Source of the DNA: Eledone cirrhosa
Taxonomy: Eukaryota
NCBI GenBank assembly: GCA_964016885.1
Contig: OZ024747.1
Span: 39,618,001 to 39,682,000, forward strand
Direction: 5' to 3'
Length of the DNA: 64,000 nt
Position 1 is the stretch's first letter. Every line of letters starts with the position of its first letter. The translations under genes and the position numbers were made by a program. Shown one piece after another: positions 38,926-52,939 of the stretch. The notes beneath the pieces are model-generated. The model did no database searches. It saw only the letters and a program-made list of their open reading frames with translations, and had not been told where the DNA came from.

Positions 38926-39931
38926 TCTATATATATAAAACTGTGGTTGTCTGTCTGTCTATCGATTTTTGGCACACATCTCCTCTTAGAATCTCTCACG
39001 GAATTGCACCGAAATTGCTATACTAGTACATTGAGCCCTAGCGAAGACATCGGAATAAAAATATTTCAAATTGACCCACCCTATGTGACGAAATCGAATA
39101 TAATGTATCGATTTTTGAGCGTAAGTTATCAGTTATTTCCCTTTGTTCTGTTTACATTGAGCGTCTTACGTAAAAAATTACGCTGGCTTTCTCAGCGTTT
39201 AAAATGACATTAACACAATACACGAACAGTTGTCGAGCCAGCAAAATATTGACCTGCAAAATTCATCAGTTCGAACACTAAGCTTCCGTTTTGCTTCATT
39301 TCCATTTAAAAGCATTTTAAAACAATATTTTTACTTGAAAACAAGTCTATTTAATGACTACGTAAAACAAGCAAATATTTCGTCGTTAGGCGTGCAGGCA
39401 GACAGTCGTGCAGAGAGGTGATATACGCGTGCAGACAGACAGTCGTGCAGAGAGGTGATATAGGCGTGCAGACAGACAGTCGTGCAGAGAGGTGATATAG
39501 GCGTGCAGACAGACAGTCGTGCAGAGAGGTGATATAGGCGTGCAGACAGACAGTCGTGCAGAGAGGTGATATAGGCGTGCAGACAGACAGTCGTGCAGAA
39601 AGGTGATATAGGCGTGCAGACAGACATAACTGATAATTTGGTTACGCTAATGTTTTTCTCTGCGTTGCAGTGTTTACATTTTCGATCTTTGTTAATAAAT
39701 AACCAGTGCAGTTTCTATCCCCAGCATCCTCTTTTGTTATAACATTCGGGTTATCGTTATGTTTTCTTAACTTCATAAGGCATATTGTTGGTTGAGGGAA
39801 TATTAATCAAAAACACCACATGCAAGTCTGCATAGTAGACACTACAGTTTTTAAGCCAAGAAAGAAACTTAACATTGTAACTTTAACACAGCTACTGAGC
39901 GACCCCGAGCAACGCCGGGCTTTACTGCTAG
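38926..39931 (+). mobile_element. Non-autonomous Helitron
   Basis: A|TC start (TCTATATATATAAAA), 3' hairpin CCCGAGCAACGCCGGG then CTAG|T. Confidence 0.8.
39389..39625. repeat. 37-bp minisatellite, ~6 copies
   Basis: Unit GGCGTGCAGACAGACAGTCGTGCAGAGAGGTGATATA. Confidence 0.9.
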
Positions 39932-39941
39932 TATTATATAC

Positions 39942-40309
<368 letters not shown>

Positions 40310-41781
40310 TTCTACCTGGAGTTGCGACCGATAGATAGTATTAGCATTGTTCCCTCGGTCCGATTTGACGAAAGTCGATCGTTCCTTTTATATATATATA
40401 TATATATATAGGGAAATTCCAATTCCAGTTGTTCTTATCGCTATAGCTTAGGGTGTAGTTCTTCGAGTGTAGATTTCATTTATATATGTGTGTAATGTTA
40501 ATTCAGATGTCATCTCTCCTAGAGGTATGCATTACTAGCTGCCAACTTCGTGACATCCCAGACAAGGTCTCTTACAATATCGTCAGTTTGATCTGAGGGT
40601 GAAACTGTGTAGCCCTAGAAATAGACCGTGTATATAATTCAATGGGACAAACACATCTTGTTGTGTTACAAAGACAATTCCTGAGAATTATGTTTAATAT
40701 GCATTTGTACGTGTAATATTTACCTTCTTAGGTAGGTTTTTCTGTTGATCAAACACATAAATGACCATCGACAAACCGACGTAATTTCCCTCATGTCTAT
40801 CATTTTTGTATTTGTCTCTTATTCTACGTTTTCGTGATAGGCTGACCAAGATATACTCGTGGAATGACCAATGATGTACATTTGTCAATGTAGTCCATGG
40901 AAAGTAGCAATACAATTATTATTATGAACAATCGAAATTAATGCATGCAAGATTTCACAGCTCTAACATGACTCCTTCATAGTCAGCCTATGACCTTTTC
41001 AGCCCTCCTTCGTATAATAGCTTCAATTGCTATGACACATCTCTTTAAATCTCAGTATAAATTCATTTCTATGGTAATTTGTGTGTCATTGACTTGGTTC
41101 TGTTGACACTAGATTTGTTGCTTCGTGTACCTTGTTATTTATATTGCAGTAATAGAGTAAAACAATATTATTGATGAGGTTGTGTTGTTTTCATTTTGAA
41201 AGGCAAAGTACACCACGACTCTATAAATTGAATTCTGCCAGGCTGCACTGCTTTATCATTCCTACGTGTGCTATACTAAAATGACCCACTAATATTCTGG
41301 ATTTTAACTGAATTGAATATTTTGTCTGATAACGCATGATCGTCATTATCGATGCTCTATCTTTTTTATTGATTTCGATTTGATTACGTCTACAGGAAAT
41401 TTCAAAATTGAAAAGCGACGTCCTTTAACATATTTCACCATTTCAGAAATTGAGAACAGAAAGAAAAAATCATCAGTTGTATACTTTCAAAACGAAGCCA
41501 TGTTATCATATGTTTACACACTTGTTCACATTAATAAAAGAGCCAGATTACAGTTAATGGTGTTTATATTTAATATGAAATGTGTTTTTTTAATCAAATT
41601 TACTCATTTCTAAAGGCAGTTACAAAACAAACAAAACGCAAGTCAAACAATTAATGAAAGAAATATTTACAAAATTAACAAAACTATCCAAATTTTAACA
41701 TCTAAACGTATTTAAGAATTTAGCAGCAAGTCAGCTTATACGACTACATACGCGCTTGGTCTCACACACACAGGTATATAC

Positions 41782-41980
<199 letters not shown>

Positions 41981-43164
41981 TGCATGCGTATTTTTATTAA
42001 AGGTCTGTAAATTCTATGAAAATTATATTTTTATATTATTACAACGATAAACAATAAAAGTACATGAAATAATTTAAAAAGAATTTTCCACTTCTTTTCA
42101 CTTGAGATATTAATGAAAGTAAGAACGGGAAATATCCAAGTAAATTACCATAGCAGGTTCCAAAGATCTCTTAATATGATATAACACGCGAAGTCACTCA
42201 AAGTGGATTTATGTTTACAATAATTTCTTAATTAAACGAGAAAACTTTCGAACATTTTACGCCTAATCGTGCGTTGTATCAAAATCTTGAACATTAGAAG
42301 CACACGTATTATCCATCAGAGATGAAAAAGTGGTAAATACGTTCCCTGCAATTGTTGATTCATGTTTCGTGAAAATAAAGAAACTGGGTTTAAAGGCTTT
42401 TACATTTTTCATGTTTGTGACATTTTGAAACACAAAATCTATTTTTTTAAATATGCAACTATGTAGTGAATATTAATGTAATATTACACACAAACGAACA
42501 CTCGAGTGGTTTTAATTCTCAAATCTTGTGATTTTCTATCACATCTGTTTTCAATACTATTGGAAAAGGAACGGATGTCAAAGTGTCATATTACCATTTC
42601 TGGCATTACGCATTTTCAAAACAATAGATTCTAACAAATGTGATTCGTTATATCATATGTTGCATGGACGTGAAAGTATATTTAATACTATTGAATTTGA
42701 ATACAGAATACGTTTAGGGATTTCCTTATCTTTTCCATCAGAATTTCATTCAGATCAAAGTGGTGTCATAGGAATCGACAGCAGAATTAGACAGGTAACA
42801 AATTACCGAGCCAGCGAGGTTGAAAGACAAAGTTAACCTCGGTGGTATTTGAATTCGAAATGCAAATGTTCCTGAAAAAATAATTTAAAAGAAATAACGA
42901 TATCAGGAATCAATAAATATGAACCTCAATATAAAATAAATTGCCTCAGTTTGCTCCGCGTAATGCATTCCTATTTTACAAAACTGACTGAAATGTGAGC
43001 ATAGGTAAACATTCAAAATGGTGCGGCGCTTCAAAATGGGTACAATATGAAATATTCCCAGGGAACGTCAATGAGTAGTGGCAGTGGTGGATGTAGCGAA
43101 ACATTGAGATATCCAGACATCAGCTGAGGAAAGAAATATTTTACATATATATATATATATATAT

Positions 43165-43225
<61 letters not shown>

Positions 43226-43499
43226 GGTCGTATCGTCTGCTCCATACAGAGCTTGACCACTTCTTGCAGTTGACGTCAGCTCCTTTTTGGCACGAGATCT
43301 CAAATGGCTTTTGTACTATGAAAGACTGTGAAAGGCCGGTCCATGGATATTACAATAATTGCTCATTTCCTTCTTGTTTCCACTTTGAATTTGCTTATGG
43401 TGTATTTTCAGAGGCCGCTTCAATCCACCACCTGATTTGCAAAATTTCTTTCAAATATGGCACTGGAACTGATTCTCTTCAACCAACGAAGTTTGAATA

Positions 43500-44130
43500 A
43501 TAAACTTGAACTTTACCATCATGTGTTCATCGGTGTGACTTCAAGCCAGCGAGCGAAAGGCACACTCTAGGGCAAACAGGGCATTTGAAAACTAATGCTG
43601 GATAAGATTCGTCATTATTACTGTTGGTCTCATTCTTCACACTTTGATTCCAGTTCTGCATGTTTTACTCTCTCCATTTCATATGTAAATTCATTTTAAG
43701 TTCACTTTTAGAGAGTCTCTGTAATTCCTCCTTGGCTTACTATTTAACCGTTGCACAGTTTAAGTTCACTATGAAACATTTTCTTGAAAATGCGTCCGTC
43801 ACCCATACGAATCAAGTGACCTATCCATTTTACCTGATTTCTAACAAGCGTAGCTTGAGAAGATATTACATTTGCCCTAGCAAGAATCTCAGGTCCTGTA
43901 ACGAAAGTGTTCCAGCTTATTTTGAGTATATGCCAGAGGCATGTTTTGGTAAAACTGTTCCACCGTTTTAACTTGCCGTGAGTACAACGTCCTTGTCTCA
44001 GATGAATACAATAGTACGGAGAGATCAAATGAGACGTATATAGCAATCTGAGTCTCCACTTTAATGTGACGTTATGACCTGACTTTAATTTCTAGTACAC
44101 CAAAGGTTTTTGCTGCCTTTTGTAAATGAG
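43500..44130 (-). pseudogene. RTE LINE 3' fragment
   Basis: CLWHILKISW...EILARA...WIGHLIRMGDGRIFKKMFHSEL. Confidence 0.75.
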
Positions 44131-44336
44131 AAGTGATTTCAATATCCAATTTGCCATCTGGCAAGGTATACAAAGGAGGTCGCCATCCATAGCATCGTGT
44201 CCTGAAAGAGAATTTGAGGTGGAGTTGTCTGCTCCCCAGGAGCAGAGTGATACATTGCGACAGAGCCAGGGTGGTTTGCAGCGGCGTTAGTCCAGTCGTA
44301 TGCCTTGCGTTCCACGTGGTTCCACATGGACCACCA

Positions 44337-44397
<61 letters not shown>

Positions 44398-44400
<3 letters not shown>

Positions 44401-44594
44401 GAAAATGTTCAAGACCCTGACGGCAGAGCTCAAGCCGTTTCGACAGCTATTTCTGTCCAGAAATAGCCATCGAAACTGTTTGAACTCTGCCGTCGGGGTC
44501 TTGAACATTTTCCTATTACCCACTCTACTACGCTATGTATTAAGTACTCTGGTGCGTTATGGTCCACCTGATTCATTACCACACTTCCTTCGTT
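44398..44594 (+). repeat. Hairpin-headed ~195-bp element
   Basis: Diverged copy of the 45147 element. Confidence 0.8.
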
Positions 44595-44600
44595 ATATAT

Positions 44601-45016
44601 ATGTAAGTATGTATGTATGTATACGTACATACATATATGTATATAGACGTACAGTAGTATATATATACTTACATGCACACATATACATATGCACGTATCG
44701 GTTTACCGAACATTTATTATAATGCTCGGTTTGTTTGTTTGTAAACAAACAAACAGCCGAATTACGCCGTACAGTGTTTAGGCAACCACGTCACCTTTTT
44801 GTTCAACACTGACACAGGAACAATGTACTAGCTTCAAGCTTATTAGCTATCGTCAGTATCGCATACCTTCCTGCCAGATGGTTGAACGTCTGAAAGTATA
44901 TACTTTCCTTATGCATATTAACGGTAGAGCAGCCTAATTTGCATATATATATATACATACTACTGTACGTCTGTATACATATATGTATGTACGTATACAT
45001 ACATACATACTTACAT
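44601..45016. mobile_element. MITE-like element with ~75-bp TIRs
   Basis: 44601-44677 inverted at 44940-45016; partial copy at 15361-15510. Confidence 0.65.
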
Positions 45017-45094
45017 TTAAGAAAGTGCCGTACTAAGTGCCGTTCTAAGTGCCGTACTAAGAGTGAGAAACGAAATTTCGTTTCATTCTATTCC

Positions 45095-45146
<52 letters not shown>

Positions 45147-45151
<5 letters not shown>

Positions 45152-45338
45152 AACAAGTAAGACCCCGACGGCTGAGCTCAAGCCGTTTCGACGGCTAGTT
45201 CTGTACAGAATTAGCCGTCGAAACGGCTTGAGCTCAGCCGTCGGGGTCTTACTTGTTCCTATTACCCACTCTACTACCCTAAGTATTGAGTACTTTGGTG
45301 CGTTATGGTCCACCTGGTTCCTTACCACATTTCCTTCG

Positions 45339-45340
<2 letters not shown>
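45147..45340 (+). repeat. Hairpin-headed ~195-bp element in (TA)n
   Basis: 58-bp arms 45147-45204 and 45205-45262 plus a unique tail. Confidence 0.85.
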
Positions 45341-45387
<47 letters not shown>

Positions 45388-45819
45388 GGGGGGGGGGTGT
45401 TATAGTGTACCTATATAAGCTTTTTGTGAACAGAAGAATACAAGTACTTGCTTACTGTCATGTAATATTCATAAGCAATAACTTAAAAATAATTGCAGAA
45501 TAATATGTAAATCTCCTTATAGTGTTGGAAAGAGGCGTCTAAATATTAAATTTATATTATAATTTATAAGTTGTGTAGTGCATAAATATGTATTATCTAA
45601 TTAATTACACCAATACTAATGCATATTCAGAGCGAAAGTTTTGGTTCTCCCTCCTTTTCCCTCTCTCTCGTATATGTTTATGTGGGTACGTGCATACCTG
45701 TATGAGGATAGAGTAAAATACAGACAGAGAAACAGATTAAAAGAGAAAACTTGACAAATACGTGCATTGTGGAATTCAGTATATATATATACACAAGCAC
45801 GTATGCATAAATATGTATG

Positions 45820-45870
<51 letters not shown>

Positions 45871-45889
45871 ATATATATATATATATATA

Positions 45890-46084
45890 TAACGAAGGAA
45901 ATGTGGTAAGGAACCAGATGGACCATAACGCACTAAAGTACTCAATACTTAGAGTAGTAGAGTGGGTAATAGGAACGAGTAGGGCCCCGACGGCTGAGCT
46001 CAAGCCGTTTCGACGGCTAATTCAGTCCAGAATGAGCCGTCGAAACGCCTTGAGCTCAGCCGTCGGGGTCCTACTCGTTCCTAT
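45890..46084 (-). repeat. Hairpin-headed ~195-bp element, inverted
   Basis: Reverse complement of the 45147 element. Confidence 0.85.
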
Positions 46085-46085
46085 G

Positions 46086-46134
<49 letters not shown>

Positions 46135-46575
46135 ATTTATATATATATATATGTATATATATATATGTATATATATGTATATATATATATATATACGTAT
46201 ATGTATATGTATATATATATTTATATTGTATATAAATATATATAAATACATATATATATATATATATATATATGTATTTCTTTATGTGAGTTAACGTTCG
46301 TGCCGGTGGACGTGCCAAACAATATAAAATTAATTCAATCTAAAATGATTTTTCATTTGTAAACTAAATTAGACGCTGTTTAAATTATGAGGCAAAATAG
46401 AAATGTCTATTAGAATTACGAGGAAATTGTTAATAATGTAATTTTAGCTACCAACATAAAAACATATCCTCCTTAAACCATTATCAAATGTGAATATATA
46501 CACACACATTCAGACACAGGAACTCATGTAGATGCGTTTGTGTGTGTGTGTGTATTTGTGTGTGTGTGTGTGTGT

Positions 46576-46663
<88 letters not shown>

Positions 46664-46780
46664 TGCGTGTGTGTGTGTGTGTGTGTGTGCGTGTGTGTGT
46701 GTGTGTGCGCGCGCGCGCGTGTGTGTGTGCATATATGATGGTTTTGATAGTTTTATGTACAGAATAATCAGTGACGTTAG

Positions 46781-46846
<66 letters not shown>

Positions 46847-47112
46847 TAAAACATGTCTATAGAATCACAAGATAAAATATATACTATTTCCTCTCCCAAT
46901 TAGCATAATTAACTATATAAAAAATCGAATAGACCAGGCTATACGAATGAGGCTTCTATGAAGGAATCTCCAACAAATAACCAAAACTAGCGCTTCGCGT
47001 CGGCCGTAGTGGAATATTTATCGAATATTTCGACAGCGTAATCGCCTAGATACAGTCAACTAAGCAGAATTAGGTTTAAAATAAACTAGGAGAAAATAGA
47101 ATACACTTAAAT

Positions 47113-47200
47113 ACCTCTACCATGGTTTCGTCCGTGTTTTGAGTTATCCAATAATTATGTAATAATTATATAAACTCGAGCGCCGGATTTTTCAGGAAGC
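47113..47200 (-). ncRNA. Hammerhead of the 659-nt unit (G8A)
   Basis: Minus strand: GCTTC CTGAAAA ATCCG...CGGAC GAA ACCATGGT A GAGGT. Confidence 0.75.
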
Positions 47201-48104
47201 TCGGTCATATCTAGACATTAAATTTTCCAAAACGATCGCGTCAAGAATTCATTTCAAAATGGCTAAAAATCGTGACGTAGTCGCGGTCAAGTTGGAAAGG
47301 GTGTTGTAGTTGCTTACGACTGGTTGCATTTTTGCTAGAAAGCACAGCACAATACAGCCAAATTTGTATCTCAACCTAGTGAGAGATTATTACATATAAA
47401 AGTTTACATATATATATACATACACATACATATACGTGTTTTGCAACTGGTCACTTTTTGGCTCAATGAAAAATTAATAAATTAAACAATCAGAGCTATA
47501 TATCATAAAACATCTCTATAGAATCACAAGATAAAATATATACTATTTCCTCTCCCAATTAGCATAATTAACTATATAAAAAATCGAATAGACCAGGCTA
47601 TACGAATGAGGCTTCTATGAAGGAATCTCCAACAAATAACCAAAACTAGCGCTTTGCGTCGGCCGTAGTGGAATATTTATCGAATATTTCGACAGCGTAA
47701 TCGCCTAGATTGGTCTATTCGATTTTTTATATAGTTAATTATGCAAATTGGGAGAGGAAATAGTATATATTTTATCTTGTGATTCTATAGACATGTTTTA
47801 TGATATATAGCTCTGATTGTTTAATTTATTAATTTTTCATTGAGCCAAAAAGTGACCAGTTGCAAAACACGTATATGTATGTGTATGTATATATATATAT
47901 AAATTTTATATGTAATAATCTCCCACTAGGTTGAGATACAAATTTGGCTGTATTGTGCTGTGCTTTCTCGCAAAAATGCCACTAGTCGTAAGCAACTACT
48001 ACACCCCTTCCAACTTGACCGCGACTACGTCACGATTTTTAGCCATTTTGAAATGAATTCTTGACGCGATCGTTTTAGAAAATTTAATGTCTAGATATGA
48101 GCGA

Positions 48105-48192
48105 GCTTCCTGAAGAATCCGGCGCTCGAGTTTATATAATCATTACATAATTATTGGATAACTCAAAACACGGACGAAACCATGGTAGATGT
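48105..48192 (+). ncRNA. Hammerhead of the 659-nt unit (intact core)
   Basis: GCTTC CTGAAGA ATCCG...GAGTT...AACTC...CGGAC GAA ACCATGGT A GATGT. Confidence 0.85.
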
Positions 48193-48764
48193 ATTTAAGT
48201 GTATTCTATTTTCTCCTAGTTTATTTTAAACCTAATTCTGCTTAGTTGACTGTATCTAGGCGATTACGCTGTCGAAATATTCGATAAATATTCCACTACG
48301 GCCGACGCCAAGAGCTAGTTTTGGTTATTTGTTGGAGATTCCTTCAGAGAAGCCTCATTCGTATAGCCTGGTCTATTCGATTTTTTAAAATAGTTAATTA
48401 TGCTAATTGGGAGAGGAAATAGTATATATTTTATCTTGTGATTCTATAGACATGTCTTATGATATATAGCTCTGATTGTTTAATTTATTAATTTTTCATT
48501 GAGCCAAAAAGTGACCAGTTGCAAAACACGTATATGTATGTGTATGTATATATATATGTAAACTTTTATATGTAATACTCTCCCACTAGGTTGACATACA
48601 AATTTGGCTGTATTGTGCTGTGCTTTCTAGCAAAAATGCCACCAGTAGTAAGCAACTACCACACCACTTCCAACTTGACCGCGACTACGTCACGATTTTT
48701 AGCCATCTTGAAATGAATTCTTGACGCGATCGTTTTGGAAAATTTAATGTCTAGATATGAGCGA

Positions 48765-48852
48765 GCTTCCTAAAGAATCCGGCGCTCGAGTTTATATAAT
48801 TATTACATAATTATTGGATAACTCAAAACACGGACGAAACCATGGTAGAGGT
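48765..48852 (+). ncRNA. Hammerhead of the 659-nt unit (G5A)
   Basis: GCTTC CTAAAGA ATCCG...CGGAC GAA ACCATGGT A GAGGT. Confidence 0.75.
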
Positions 48853-49220
48853 ATTTAAGTGTATTCTATTTTCTCCTAGTTTATTTTAAACCTAATTCTG
48901 CTTAGTTGACTGTATCTAGGCGATTACGCTGTCGAAATATTCGATAAATATTCCACTACGGCCGACGCGAAGCGCTAGTTTTGGTTATTTGTTGGAGATT
49001 CCTTCATAGAAGCCTCATTCGTATAGCCTGGTCTATTCGATTTTTTATAGAGTTAATTATGCTAATTGGGAGAGGATATAGTATATATTTTATCTTGTGA
49101 TTCTATAGACATGTTTTAAGATATATAGCTCTGATTGTTTAATTTATTAATTTTTCATTGAGCAAAAAGTGACCAGTTGCAAAACACGTATATGTATGTG
49201 TATGTATATATATATGTAAA

Positions 49221-49270
<50 letters not shown>

Positions 49271-49409
49271 GAGGTTATATTTAATTTGTTGGGATTACTC
49301 TTACTCACTCATAAATTTGTATCACCCTCAATAAATGTACTATCTCCACTATCCAGGATGGTTGTCTTTTTTCCGGGTATGTCAATATTTATTTATAAAG
49401 CAAATCTGT

Positions 49410-49483
49410 ATTTTATCTGATGAAAGCTCACCATAATTTGCATTGGTTGCCCTTGAAATATGTATAAATATGTATAATAAAAT
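49410..49483 (+). ncRNA. Hammerhead (7203 family), degraded
   Basis: ATTTTAT CTGATGA AAG...CTT GAAA TATGTATA, with the stem III region duplicated. Confidence 0.6.
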
Positions 49484-49530
49484 AAATGTGGTTTTATAAA
49501 TATAGTTTCCATTTATTAATATATTGTATA

Positions 49531-49713
49531 CGGTGGATTGGCAGTATCAGTAGAGGGTCGGACGCCATGTTGCCAGCATAGTTACGTCCCTTTACGATCT
49601 GAGTTCAAATCCCACCGAGGTTCACTTTGCCTTTCATCCTTAAGGTGTCGATAAAATAAAGTACCAGTAATGCACTGGGTAGTTGCTGGCTTTGTGTCTA
49701 AAGTAGAAACAAT
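49531..49713 (+). mobile_element. SINE (Nin-like), full length
   Basis: Matches the 17985 family. Confidence 0.85.
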
Positions 49714-49719
49714 TAATAT

Positions 49720-49772
<53 letters not shown>

Positions 49773-49808
49773 TTTCTGAATTTGTTTAGCAAGACCCTCC
49801 CAAAGTAT

Positions 49809-49872
<64 letters not shown>

Positions 49873-50024
49873 ATATGTATTGATTATTCATTTATATATT
49901 CGTCTAGATATAAAATATATGTGGGTGTGGATGTGGGGGTGGGGTTGTGTGTGTGCGTGTGTTTGTGTAGAAAGTTCGGTAAATTCTAAGAAACCAGGTG
50001 AGAGAACCAAAGTATATATATATT

Positions 50025-50358
50025 GTCCCCACTCGGTCACGAATTACCATGGTTTTGCAGCTAGAAAGTTTCCCTCTGAGGCAAAAGCCTGGGCAAGGTT
50101 TGTTTTTGTGGAAGACCACCAGTCGCCCATACATACCAGCCTCCCCTCTCCACGCCACCGATGTTGTCCAAGAGAAAGGCAATGGCCGATAAACCTTGGC
50201 ACCAGTGGCGCCGCAACTCATTTCTGCAGCTGAGTAAACTGGAGCAACGTGAAATAAAGTGTCTTGCTCAAGGACACAACGCATTACCCGTTCCGAGGAT
50301 CGAACTCACAACCTCTCAATTGCAATCCCAAGGCTCTAACCACTAAGCCATGCGCCTT
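50025..50358 (-). mobile_element. tRNA-derived SINE, second family, full length
   Basis: Reverse complement of the 40192 head plus body and tail. Confidence 0.8.
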
Positions 50359-50864
50359 CAATCACATCAAGTCTGTGGACGACACAGCAAAAACACAAAC
50401 AAGCATACAGAATGACCAAAGAATTACAAGAAATAAACCCGTTATAAACAAAAGCAAAATTAACGGATATAAATAAAGAAATATATCCCCATATACACGA
50501 TCACACATATACACACATATACACACACGTGCATAAAAGGCCTACGCACACACACTCTCTAACATATAGAAATTGTACATATACATACATATACATAAAG
50601 ACATCCTCACACACACACACGCAGATATGCATATATACACACATGCATACACACACACACGCACACACACACACACACACACAGCTTTAGCTTTAATTGT
50701 CTGCACAATTTAGTGCGTTCGTACCCGCTACCAGTTTATGGTGAGATAATATACAGACGAAATGTTGCTGTCTCAAGAAATCACGATAGCTATCGTCATG
50801 GAAATACGTATAACGGCTCAATTAATAAAGGAACCTAACATCTTCAACTTCGCATGATCCTCTT

Positions 50865-50895
<31 letters not shown>

Positions 50896-50979
50896 GTGAG
50901 GTTTCTTTTACAAATTGAAAAATAACCGCGGTGTCCTACACGAGTGAAAGTATAAAGAAAAAGAGATGAAATCGAAAAT

Positions 50980-52833
50980 TTGCCACACAGTTGGATTGAA
51001 ATCGATAGTTTGCCACACAGTTGGATTGAAAAATGTTTACAGATTTTCAAAATATCCCCCGTTGTCAGGAGGTTTTTGTCATTCAGTATGAATACATGGA
51101 AAACGACACTCCTTTTGAATAGTGAAACAAAATCACTGGAAGCTGGAGAAGTCAATATTAATTGTGGAATTTTTCAGGGTGACTCTTTATCACCGCTTTT
51201 ATTCTGCATCGCACTTATACCATTAAGTAAAATGCTCAATGAAACAAAACATGGATATAGAGTCTATGACAAAACCATTAATCACTTGTTCTATATGGAT
51301 GACCTGAATCTATTTGCAAAAAATGATGAGCAATTGCAAGGGCTATTATCCAATGTGGAGCGGTTCAATGATGACATTAAAATGGAGTTTGGACAAGATA
51401 AATGCGCCAAAGCAACGTTCACCAGAGGAAAGCTGCTTAAGAGTTCAGACATTAATCTTGATCGGGGGAACGTGATAAGAGAACTTGATCAAGAAAAAAC
51501 TTACAAATATCTAGGTGTTTGTGAAGGAATCAAGCACTCGACAATGAGGGAAAGGATAAGGAAGGAATGTTACCGCAGAGTAAGAGCAATCTTAAGAACT
51601 GAATTGAATGCAAGGAATAGGATCGATGCCATAAACACGCTTGCTATACCAGTAGTAACCTACAGTTACAATGTCGACAACTGGTCAATCACAGAGATTC
51701 GTAGGCTCGATACAAAAATTCGAAAATTCTTAACCATGCACAGAATGCATCACCCTAAGGCAGATATAGATAGAATATATCTCCCTAGGAAAGAAGGAGG
51801 ACGTGGGTTAGTCCAGTTAGACATTGCGTTGAAAACTGCAACAATTGGATTATCTACATATCTAAGGGAATCACATGATTGGATGATCAAACTCGTTTTG
51901 AAACACGAAAGCATCAAAAGATCATATTCCATTACAAAAGATGCACAAAGATACAGTAATGGACTACAAATTTCAGAAGTCCCATTTACTGCTGAAATGG
52001 AAAACACAGAAAAAGCAAAGCAGGTAAAAGTAACTGCAAAGAAAGAACTGCTACAGAAACTGGCTAAGAAATGGCAAGAAAAGCCTCTGTATGGAAAATA
52101 CCCAGAACGAGCTAACAATCCTGATGTTGACAAAACTTTAACCCATCAGTGGTTGGCATCCTCTGGACTGAAATCGGAGACTGAAGGACTGATTATATCA
52201 GCACAAGATCAGTGTCTGCCAACAAAAAATTACCAAGCCAACATAATAAAATATGGATGCAACCCATTATGCCGTGTATGCAAAAAACAACCAGAGACCA
52301 TTGACCATATAATTTCAATGTGCAGTCCTATAGCTCCAACCGAATACCTAAACAGGCATGACAGAGCTGCACAATACATACATTGGATAATGTGTAAGCA
52401 TTTTGACCTGCCCCACAAAAGAATTGGTGGGAGCATCAACCACCTCCCATACTTGAAAAAGATCACATCTCAATCTTGTGGAACTTTAGCATCCAAACAG
52501 ACCGAAAAATAGATGCAAATAGACCTGATATAATATTGAATGACTTTATAAAGAGGGTATGCCTGCTAATTGATATGTCCGTTCCAATAGATAAGAATGT
52601 ATCTATAAAAACATTTGAAAAATTGAGCAAGTATAAGGACCTGGAGATAGAAATTGGAAAAATGTGAAAATTGAGAACTAAAACAATACCAGTGGTTGTG
52701 GGCGCTCTGGGATTGATACCTAAGGGTCTAATGATTACTTATCGCAAATCCCAGGAAACCCGCGTATAGGAGAAATACAAAAGATAGTACTAATTGGAAC
52801 TGCCCATATACTAAGGAAGATTCTGTCAATATA
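50980..52833 (+). pseudogene. R4/Dong-clade LINE 1 (RT + restriction-like endonuclease), 5' truncated
   Basis: GIFQGDSLSPLLF, YMDD, YKYLG, GGRGL, CRVC..ETIDHI, RHD, NRPDII, KLSKY. Confidence 0.9.
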
Positions 52834-52939
52834 AGTACATCACAAGTCTAAACACTAAAGATGCATGTGTGAGTATGTATGTTCTTTCTTGAACATGGCG
52901 GACCTTGTTGTCTCTTGAGGTCACTGGTTGTGACTTGGT

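Larger units (their letters stand above)
46843..49225. mobile_element. ~659-nt tandem and inverted HHR repeat (retrozyme-like)
   Basis: ~1.3 units on minus (46843-47710), ~2.3 units on plus (47711-49225); periods 658-660; no ORF; (TA)n on both sides. Confidence 0.88.

Noticed and set aside
39389-39625. 37-bp repeats resembling a CRISPR array
   Set aside because: No spacers, eukaryotic context; a minisatellite inside a Helitron.
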